A DNA stretch of 64,000 bases from contig DAOWGI010000011.1 of the NCBI GenBank assembly GCA_030637655.1, positions 1 through 64,000 on the forward strand, in the 5' to 3' direction. Shown here piece by piece: positions 56,919 to 64,000 of this stretch. The stretch comes from a candidate division FCPU426 bacterium (GTDB lineage: Bacteria; Oederibacteriota; JAAXVQ01; JAUVAV01). Below the pieces are notes generated by a model. That model ran no database searches. It saw nothing but the letters and a program-made list of their open reading frames with translations, and had not been told where the DNA came from. Within the stretch, counting starts at the first letter, position 1, and every line of letters begins with the position of its first letter. The position numbers and the translations under genes were made by a program.

Positions 56919-57677
56919 TTAAAAATAAAACCGGAACGTGTAATGTATAAACAATCCGCTATAATCCAGAGTCAAATTAGATCCGTCGCTATTTTTTAAA
57001 GTCTCATGCTGCCCGTTGATTTCGGCTGTTACTTTATCAAATTTTGCCAGGCGATAGCCGCCTTCCAACCCGAGGGAGAGCCAATCCCAGATAAAATAAT
57101 CGAATCCAGCCATGACTTTGATGCTGGTGGAATAAGCGGTATAGGGAATTGTGGTGGACGAGTACACCAGTCCAGTGGTAGTGCCGCGGGATTCCAAACG
57201 TTCTCCCGCGCCGAACAAAGCCAGATAAGCATACCCGAAACCCAGGGTAAAAAGAAAATCATTTACCGGAATAACACCCTTTATAAAAGCGCCGGTCTCC
57301 ATGGCAGGCAGACTGATAATATAATACTCATCCTGCTCCTGCGGTGGCGAGAGTGTGTTGCCGGCTACTTTGGCCGTGGAATCCGTTACCAGATAAGCCA
57401 GATCCACACCCGCGATTAAATAATCAAAGAGCGCGTACTGAAAACCGGTACCCAGATCCAGACCCATTCCCAGGCCATCCAATCGTTCGGAAGTGGAGAC
57501 CTCCATGAATCCGCTCTGAGTATCCGCGATGAGTCTGTTCATGTCACTCATCGCATAAAAACTAATACCGGGATTGATGGAAAAAATAAATTTGCCGCCA
57601 ATGGATTTGGCGTAAAGCGTGAAAGGGGATAGGAAACAGGAGATTAATATAATAGCCGGCAAAATGATTTTTTTCAT
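56919..57677 (-). CDS. Outer-membrane beta-barrel protein
   Basis: Signal peptide, alternating beta-strand pattern, C-terminal ..YTFRFYF Bam-type signal. Confidence 0.7.
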   Translation of the reverse strand: MKKIILPAIILISCFLSPFTLYAKSIGGKFIFSINPGISFYAMSDMNRLIADTQSGFMEVSTSERLDGLGMGLDLGTGFQYALFDYLIAGVDLAYLVTDSTAKVAGNTLSPPQEQDEYYIISLPAMETGAFIKGVIPVNDFLFTLGFGYAYLALFGAGERLESRGTTTGLVYSSTTIPYTAYSTSIKVMAGFDYFIWDWLSLGLEGGYRLAKFDKVTAEINGQHETLKNSDGSNLTLDYSGLFIHYTFRFYF

Positions 57678-57969
57678 TCACGTCCCCCCGTGAGGAATAT
57701 ACAATCTAGTAGTAATATATAGAAGGGAAGATGTCAATGGAATTATGGCGTTCGCGCTACCATAAATCCGTCAATCTGATTGTTATCAACAATGGACATA
57801 AGGATTTTGTTTTCGCGGGAAAAAACAAGGCGTGCAAGATTCGCTATATCTGCAGGTTGTATATTAAAGAACTGGTACTTGAAAACTTTCCCGGCTTGTC
57901 CGTCGAACAACTACTGGAAAGAATGGTCGAACTCACGCTGTATACAGAAGAAAATCTTTAATACCATTC

Positions 57970-58162
57970 CATGGAATCATATTGATTAAAAATGAATCAA
58001 CCACCCGTAGGGGCGCACCTGCTTGTCACGCCGAAGTTGATAACGAAGGCGGAAGTGCGCCCATGACTGAATCGATGAGTGCGCCGAGTGCATAAATGAA
58101 TTGCATCTTTTGCCACATAATACCGTTTTTGCTTTTAAATGCGCAAGAAGGATATTATAATA
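57970..58162 (+). repeat. REP-containing direct repeat, copy 1 (leader of TA cassette)
   Basis: Shares AATCATATTGATTAAAAAyGAATCAACCACCCGTAGGGGCGCACC and TTTTGCCACAyAATACCGTTTTTGCTTTTAAATGCGCAAGAAGGATATTATAATA with 59400-59536. Confidence 0.85.
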
Positions 58163-58189
58163 TGGTAATTCTTAAAGAGGTTTGCCAAG

Positions 58190-58384
58190 ATGGAAATGAA
58201 TCGCCATTATGTATGTTTGAAAAAAGACATGAAAACGGATGACAGTTTGGTCAGGGCGTCTCCGGCTGAATGCCTCTCCTTTATGTGGGAATTAACCGCG
58301 GAAATTTGGTCATTGAAAGGCGGCCAGGATGTTGAACGAAGACTACAAAGAAATATTGGAAAGCTTATTAAAAAACGAAGTTAG
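58190..58384 (+). CDS. Small hypothetical protein, typical upstream partner of a nucleotidyltransferase
   Basis: 64 aa ending ..VERRLQRNI; GAGG RBS; overlaps the start of the NTase ORF. Confidence 0.55.
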   Translation: MEMNRHYVCLKKDMKTDDSLVRASPAECLSFMWELTAEIWSLKGGQDVERRLQRNIGKLIKKRS

Positions 58385-58529
58385 GTTTCTGGTGGTGGGA
58401 GCGTATGCCATGGGAGTCTACGGCTATCCGCGGGCTACCGGTGATTTTGATATCTGGGTTGATACTACGGTGGATAATTCAGCCGGGATATATCAGACTT
58501 TAGCTGAATTCGGCGCGCAAGCAGATTAA
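58329..58529 (+). pseudogene. Truncated nucleotidyltransferase (DUF6036-like)
   Basis: FLVVGAYAMGVYGYPRATGDFDIWV (GG/GA..RxTxDxD) but ends at 66 aa against the convergent HEPN gene. Confidence 0.7.
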
Positions 58530-58540
58530 ATTAAAAACCA

Positions 58541-58969
58541 TTAAGTGTTTTGGGGGGATTGAAATCCATCCTCAGCTAATGCGTGCTGAACGGTCTGTTT
58601 GACTTGAGATGCGATATCAATGGCATTTATCGCTTCATCTTTGGTGATTTCGGCTATGCCAGGGTATCGTGTTGTGACTGCATAGGCTGTTAGTATCTTG
58701 GCAGTATCCAAGGATATCGGCCATTCGGCGTTTTCAGAACATAATTCCAGCAGGTTTTGAATATCATGAGTGTGAGGGAAGTCTGTCAAGTGATAGACCA
58801 GATAAGCTTTCAAATATTTTTCAGCGCACTGTTGGGCATGGTAGGCGATTAAACGGTAAGGACAGCTGCTGGATAAAGTCAGAGCATGTTGAGCCAGTAG
58901 TAAATTTTCATCTGCATATTCCTGCCATTGTCTTACTTTTTTATACAATTCCAACTTGTCAATGCTCAT
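58541..58969 (-). CDS. HEPN domain protein (HEPN/MNT module)
   Basis: YHAQQCAEKYLKAYL, FPHTHDI, YAVTTRYP. Confidence 0.9.
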   Translation of the reverse strand: MSIDKLELYKKVRQWQEYADENLLLAQHALTLSSSCPYRLIAYHAQQCAEKYLKAYLVYHLTDFPHTHDIQNLLELCSENAEWPISLDTAKILTAYAVTTRYPGIAEITKDEAINAIDIASQVKQTVQHALAEDGFQSPQNT

Positions 58970-59273
58970 AAATCACCTTGCCTTCCTTCCATGCGGGCCG
59001 GGCTATAGTGCCTGGGATGTAGCGATCAATTTCATATTCTTCCGGTGAAAGAACAACAATATCGCAGGCGAAATGCAAGCCGCTCAAGGCTTGATTCATT
59101 GCCGTCATTACTAAGGTGCGTTTTTCTTTATACGAACCAATAATCAGGAGATCTACGTCACTATGCTTGTCAGCAGTACCGCGTGCTTGGGACCCAAATA
59201 AGATAATTCGTTGTGGATGAAATTTTTCCACTAAACGGTTTTTAGCTTCATTTAACACTTCATTATTAATCAT
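58959..59273 (-). CDS. Minimal nucleotidyltransferase (MNT) antitoxin-like protein
   Basis: ILFGSQARG..SDVDLLI..CDIVV..EGKVIYE; overlaps the HEPN start. Confidence 0.9.
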   Translation of the reverse strand: MINNEVLNEAKNRLVEKFHPQRIILFGSQARGTADKHSDVDLLIIGSYKEKRTLVMTAMNQALSGLHFACDIVVLSPEEYEIDRYIPGTIARPAWKEGKVIYEH

Positions 59274-59399
59274 GTCGTTTATATTCCTTTGAAGTTTTTA
59301 CACTATTGCTTAAAATTATAGCAACAAACCGGAAAAAACAGAAGAAAAAGATATTCGGACAAGAATGTTAATGAATACGTAATTATGCCGAAGCATTTG

Positions 59400-59536
59400 C
59401 ATGAAATCATATTGATTAAAAACGAATCAACCACCCGTAGGGGCGCACCGAGTGCGCCCGTTATGGTTGGATGTTGCGTTGTTTTGCCACACAATACCGT
59501 TTTTGCTTTTAAATGCGCAAGAAGGATATTATAATA
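59400..59536 (+). repeat. REP-containing direct repeat, copy 2
   Basis: See copy 1; contains the empty REP GTAGGGGCGCACCGAGTGCGCCCG at 59437-59460. Confidence 0.85.
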
Positions 59537-59560
59537 ACAGCAAAAATTGTGGGGTTTGAT

Positions 59561-59854
59561 ATGTGTAAATTAGAGAATGTTATTGCGGAGATAAAAATAT
59601 ATAAAAACGAATTAAAAGAAAAATATTTTTTAAAAGAAATATGCGTTTTTGGTTCATAGGCACGCGGGGAACAGAACGAATCAAGTGACATCGATATTTT
59701 AGTGGATTTTAACAAGCCCATTGGATTCTTTAAATTTTTGGAATTAGAAGAAGATTTAAGCGAAATTTTGCACACCAAAGTCGACCTGGTAAGCCGGGGA
59801 GCCTTGAAACCCAATATTAGCAGCCATATCCTGAATGAGGTTTATCCAAGATAA
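59561..59854 (+). pseudogene. MNT nucleotidyltransferase with in-frame TAG; no partner gene follows
   Basis: Manual translation MCKLENVIAEIK..ICVFGS*ARGEQNESSDIDILVDF..KVDLVSRGALKP..; TAG at 59657-59659 where Tyr is usual (GSYARG). Missed by the ORF track. Confidence 0.85.
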
Positions 59855-59937
59855 GATGAAATTAATACAGGGCGAAAAAGCTTTATATAAAAGACGAAGT
59901 AATTTAGAATATGGATAGAAAAAATAAGGAATGAAAA

Positions 59938-60273
59938 ATGAGAGAAACATTTGTCGGACGCTACAGTGATCAAGTGTTAAACATGTTAATCAACCGAATT
60001 GTGGAGGAAGTTAAGCCTTTACAAATCGTTCTTTTTGGTTCTGCAGCCAGGGGTGAGATGCACGCAGACAGTAATTTAGACCTAATGGTGGTAATGCCAA
60101 ACGGCACTCATCGGCGATATACATCACAGAGATTATATCAAGCCATTTCCGGTATACAAATGCCGTATGAGATCATTGTTGCCACGTCCGAGGATTTGCA
60201 AAAACATAAAAACAATCAAGGGCTGATATATCAAACCATACTGCGTGAAGGCAAGGTTCTCTATGACGCCTAA
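59938..60273 (+). CDS. Minimal nucleotidyltransferase (MNT)
   Basis: IVLFGSAARGEMHADSNLDLMVV..ILREGKVLYDA; the first Asp of DxD reads Asn. Confidence 0.85.
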   Translation: MRETFVGRYSDQVLNMLINRIVEEVKPLQIVLFGSAARGEMHADSNLDLMVVMPNGTHRRYTSQRLYQAISGIQMPYEIIVATSEDLQKHKNNQGLIYQTILREGKVLYDA

Positions 60274-60485
60274 AGATCACGGTAATGGGTCACGGGCGCA
60301 CTCGGTGCGCCCCTACATTTGAAATATCCTTTATGTTTGATATCTATGAAACTGCCGGCCTGACGGAATACGCCATTACTTCCCGGTATCCCGGAGATTG
60401 GGAACCTGTAACAGAGGAAGAATATCGTAAAGCCGTTGAACAGGCCAAAATGGTGTATACCTGGGTGGAAAAGATAATAGGCTAG
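60263..60485 (+). pseudogene. HEPN gene remnant, centre replaced by a REP
   Basis: ATG overlapping the MNT end (MTPKDHG), then a REP at 60291-60316, then an out-of-frame HEPN C-terminus AGLTEYAITSRYPGDWEPVTEEEYRKAV. Confidence 0.75.
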
Positions 60486-60703
60486 TCTAAGAAGAATTAC
60501 CACTTTTGCGGAGTGAGTTTGAAAAAATAGTGAAAGAATTTTAAGGTTACTGCAATCCAATATTCCTGCCTATCTGTGATAACTAAACCAGTGCAATCCG
60601 GCTGATTTAATATTTGAAAATAATGAAAAAAATATGCAAGGAAATCGGTGAAAACCGGTCAGAATAAATTAGGTGAAAAATAATCTGATCCAGGGAGATT
60701 CAT

Positions 60704-63550
60704 ATGAAAAAAATATTTTTACTAATTTTAATAATAAGTATATTTTTTCCAATTTTGGTTTTTGCATATATTACGAATCAACACGCGGAAACAGTAATAG
60801 GGCAAACTGATATGACAACTAATACATTGTATGATCCGCCAACCGCTAGCTCGTTGAGGTCTCAGGGAGGTGTTTGGTTTGATGGGAGCAAACTATTTAT
60901 AGCTGATTCAGCGAATCATCGGGTCTTAATATATAACTCGTTTCCTGAGTCGAATAATGTTGCTGCTGATGTTGTAATAGGGCAGCCGAACATGACAAGC
61001 AGGGAGATAAACCAAGGCGGAAGTGTTGGCGCGAATACGCTTTATTTACCGCGGGGTGTTTATTCTGATGGAACTAAGTTGATTATAGCTGATAGTTTAA
61101 ATCATAGGGTGCTTATATATAACAACATACCAACAAATTATAATGCGAGTGCTGATGTAGTTGTGGGTCAGCAGAACTTTACTAGCAATGCAAGCAACCA
61201 AGGTGGGACGACGGCTTCGAATACCCTTGCTCATCCACATACTATTTTTATTAGTGGGGCTAAATTAATAATTTCTGATTGCAATAATCATCGAGTTTTG
61301 ATTTATAACACAACACCTAGTAGTAATAATGCGGATGCTAATATTGTAATTGGCCAATTGAATATGACAAGTTATTTTCCCAATCCTTCAGGTGTGCAGG
61401 CGAATTCATTATTTTCTCCGACGGGAATTGCTAGCGACGGAAATCGGTTTTTTGTAGCAGATACACTTAATCATCGGGCGCTGATATTCAATTCTATACC
61501 AACCAGCAACGGTGTGTCAGCGAATATAGTGATTGGACAACCTAATATGACTAGCCGCGCAGCTAATCAAGGAGGTGATCCGGCTGCGAACGTTTTAAAC
61601 ACTCCAGTTGGGATATCCTATGCAGATTTAAGATTATTTATTTCAGAACAGCAAAATCATAGGATTCTTATTTATAATAGTGTTCCAATTAATCACAATG
61701 AAAATGCTGACGTTGTTATTGGGCAACCTGATTTTACAAGCAGAGTGCATTATAATGGTGGGATACAAGCCTATACTTTAGGTAACCCAAACGGGATTTA
61801 TTGTGATGATAAACGGTTGGTAATTGCTGATTATTTCTATCGTGTTTTAATTCACTATCCTTTTCCTGAAATAAACGCGATAGAACCTAAACATAGTATA
61901 GGTGGCCGGCAAATTACAATGGATATTATTGGCACGAGTTTTACTGATGTGGTATTGAATCAAGGCATGACAATTAAATTGAAAAGAAACAGCAGTGAAA
62001 TTACAGCTTCGAATTTGAACAATCAGCGCAGGCAGTTGCTTGCTTGCGTATTCGATATTACCGGTTTTTTGCCAGGGGTATATGATTTGCAACTGGAAGT
62101 ATACGGGAAAATATCACGTTTGTTAAAAAGATTTTTTATTCTGGACCAGGTGGCAACACCCTCAAAATGGGATATAATTGATATGGGACAAATGCAAGCG
62201 CCGGCGCTGGCGGGGATTTTTTATGATATAAGCATTGGTGACGCGGATAATGACGGCTTTCAGGAAGTTATGGTTGCAAATCGCAACTCTAAGCTATTTT
62301 CATTTAATAAGTTTATATCATCCTGGTCAATTACAGAATTACCTGAAGGTGCTTCTGGTGAATATTATAGCGGTGTTGTTATATATGATGGTGATCATGA
62401 TGAAGAAATAGAGGTATATGGAAGTACATTAGATAATTACGTTTATCAATACACCGGCCCTGGCTGGAACAAGGAGCTTGTTGGCGCGAATGAAGATAAA
62501 ATATACGATTTGGCATTTGGTGACGGTAATAATGACGGCGAAATTGAGATTTATGCGGCTTGTGCAAATGGACACGTATTTCAGTTTAAAAAGAATACCA
62601 CCTGGCAAAGAACGGATATTGGTGATATGGGTGCTCAAGTATACTCTGTTACAGTAGGCGATGGTAACAGCGATGGGGAATTTGAAGTCTATGCTGCCTG
62701 TTCTGATAATAAAATTTATCAATGTAAATATAATGGGGCCGGCTGGGACATATCAATAATTGGTTCCGGTTCCGGTGAAATGTATGCTGTTGTTGTCGGT
62801 GATGGTAACCTGGATTCTCAACAAGAAGTATATGGCGCAAATCAGGATGGAAAAATTTATCAATTCAAATGGCAAGTCTCTTCCTGGGCCAATACTGAAG
62901 TTGGTTTTGGTACGGATGAAATGCATGGGATGGATTTGAGTGACGGGGATAATAATGGCCGGGATTCGTTGTATGCCGCCTGTTTGGATGGGCATGTGTA
63001 CCAATTCAGAAGTGAGGACGGGCAGTGGCTGAAAAAAGATTTAGGCTCTGCTGAAACACCTTTGTACAGCCTTGCTGTGGGTGACGGAGATAATGATAAT
63101 CAATTTGAAGTTTATGCGGTTGGTGAAAATAATCGTGTATATCAATTCAAAGCCAAGATATTAATACCAACGCCTACTATAACAGCTACCGTTACAGCAA
63201 CACCAATTGCCAGCATGACATTCTCTCCTACTGTAACGATCACGCCATTATCGAATTTTGCCGGCAGAATTATATCAAAAAATCATATCTATGCTGCGCC
63301 GAATCCGGTGCGTGGACACATCGCAAATATCGTTATATTCACCAATCAACCGGCAGAAGTGAGCGGCAAGTTATTTGCGACCAGTAATCAGGAAGTGCTT
63401 TCTTTTAGAAGATATTATGGAAAAGGGAAGAACATAGAAAGGATTAATATTAGCAATTTGGCAAACGGGGTTTATTTGTTGCTGATAAAAGCCAAGGGCA
63501 GTGATGGCACAGAAGAACGCGTGATCAAAAAGATAGCGATAGTGAAATAG
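60704..63550 (+). CDS. Secreted NHL-repeat / FG-GAP-repeat protein with Pro/Thr linker and T9SS/FlgD-like C-terminal domain
   Basis: Signal peptide; repeated ADxxNHRVLIYN..ADVVIGQ; ~7 GDGDNDGxxEVY repeats; PTPTITATVTATP linker; YAAPNPV..LANGVYLLLIKA..KKIAIVK. Confidence 0.85.
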   Translation: MKKIFLLILIISIFFPILVFAYITNQHAETVIGQTDMTTNTLYDPPTASSLRSQGGVWFDGSKLFIADSANHRVLIYNSFPESNNVAADVVIGQPNMTSREINQGGSVGANTLYLPRGVYSDGTKLIIADSLNHRVLIYNNIPTNYNASADVVVGQQNFTSNASNQGGTTASNTLAHPHTIFISGAKLIISDCNNHRVLIYNTTPSSNNADANIVIGQLNMTSYFPNPSGVQANSLFSPTGIASDGNRFFVADTLNHRALIFNSIPTSNGVSANIVIGQPNMTSRAANQGGDPAANVLNTPVGISYADLRLFISEQQNHRILIYNSVPINHNENADVVIGQPDFTSRVHYNGGIQAYTLGNPNGIYCDDKRLVIADYFYRVLIHYPFPEINAIEPKHSIGGRQITMDIIGTSFTDVVLNQGMTIKLKRNSSEITASNLNNQRRQLLACVFDITGFLPGVYDLQLEVYGKISRLLKRFFILDQVATPSKWDIIDMGQMQAPALAGIFYDISIGDADNDGFQEVMVANRNSKLFSFNKFISSWSITELPEGASGEYYSGVVIYDGDHDEEIEVYGSTLDNYVYQYTGPGWNKELVGANEDKIYDLAFGDGNNDGEIEIYAACANGHVFQFKKNTTWQRTDIGDMGAQVYSVTVGDGNSDGEFEVYAACSDNKIYQCKYNGAGWDISIIGSGSGEMYAVVVGDGNLDSQQEVYGANQDGKIYQFKWQVSSWANTEVGFGTDEMHGMDLSDGDNNGRDSLYAACLDGHVYQFRSEDGQWLKKDLGSAETPLYSLAVGDGDNDNQFEVYAVGENNRVYQFKAKILIPTPTITATVTATPIASMTFSPTVTITPLSNFAGRIISKNHIYAAPNPVRGHIANIVIFTNQPAEVSGKLFATSNQEVLSFRRYYGKGKNIERINISNLANGVYLLLIKAKGSDGTEERVIKKIAIVK

Positions 63551-63658
63551 GATTATACGGATTATAAAAAGGATTGCGCGGATTTTATGGGTGTTAGAAT
63601 GACCGCGTGATATGAATATCAACGAATGACGGGTGTTGGTAATAACATTGCAATGGGT

Positions 63659-63729
63659 CACGGGCGCACTCCCCGACTGGAAGGATTATTTAAAAGTTGG
63701 GATGCCTTCCAGGCTCAGTGCGCCCCTAC
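63659..63729 (-). repeat. Composite GTAG-REP upstream of RAYT
   Basis: Reverse complement nearly identical to 9054-9124. Confidence 0.85.
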
Positions 63730-63752
63730 AAGTATGGATGGGAATATAAAAT

Positions 63753-64000
63753 ATGATGTCACCATATCCGCAAAGATGTTCAATTCGTTTAAAAGAATAT
63801 GATTACAGGCAAATTGGCGCTTATTTTGTGACTATTGGCACAAATAATAAAGAGCATTTATTCGGGGAAATTGAAGATGGGAAAATGATTCTGAATAGAT
63901 TAGGCGAAATCGTTCAAAAGGAATGGCTGCGCACGCCAATTATACGGACAAACATTCAAATTGATGAATATATCATTATGCCGAACCATTTACATGGAAT
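63753..64000 (+). mobile_element. REP-associated tyrosine transposase (RAYT), 5' part, runs off window
   Basis: Manual translation MMSPYPQRCSIRLKEYDYRQIGAYFVTIGT..IDEYIIMPNHLHG (RL.xYDY..GAYFVT and HUH motif MPNHLH). Not in the ORF track. Confidence 0.92.

Noticed and set aside
57731-57989. Short ORFs 57731-57961 and 57780-57989
   Set aside because: No recognisable motif, and the two overlap each other; they cannot be supported.
59657-59659. Stop-codon recoding or pyrrolysine at the in-frame TAG
   Set aside because: TAG ends intact genes here (carA, gltB, glnE). A single TAY->TAG change in a decaying TA patch with the partner gene missing is better explained as a pseudogene.
57970-60485. 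Classical integron cassette array
   Set aside because: No intI and no convincing attC (RYYYAAC..GTTRRRY) sites were seen; the repeats are REP-based.
967-63661. Numerous 60-180 aa antisense or alternate-frame ORFs within long genes
   Set aside because: Shadow ORFs fully overlapping well-supported CDSs, with no motifs of their own.

Overview
Bacterial genomic window, probably from a diderm uncultured lineage (inference from an outer-membrane beta-barrel, sigma54 promoters, a 4096-aa giant protein and a Pro/Thr-linker plus T9SS/FlgD-like C-terminal domain). From left to right: the 3' end of a REP-associated (Y1) transposase, tRNA-Asn and a GIY-YIG remnant; a trehalose/alpha-glucan cluster (treZ, GH57/DUF3536, M48 peptidase, GH65); and a ~36-kb nitrogen/glutamine supercluster (glnK-amtB divergent from a NifA-like sigma54 activator, then glnA, tex, an ACT-fused glnE, carAB, gltBD). 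The supercluster is interrupted by a 12.3-kb giant gene carrying six tandem ~356-aa repeats of a domain I do not recognise. It is followed by a RuBisCO-like protein fused to a cupin, two tandem paralogous exported membrane proteins, a GH99-like hydrolase with an OMP, a decaying HEPN/MNT toxin-antitoxin patch, an NHL/FG-GAP surface protein and the 5' end of a RAYT. Intergenic DNA is dense in GTAG-type REPs, nested palindromes and MITEs with target-site duplications. The most notable items are the giant repeat protein, an apparently GlnD-independent nitrogen-control circuit (PII without Tyr51, GlnE carrying a GlnD-like ACT module, GAF-type activator) and the RLP-cupin fusion. All family assignments come from motif recognition by eye, with no database searches.
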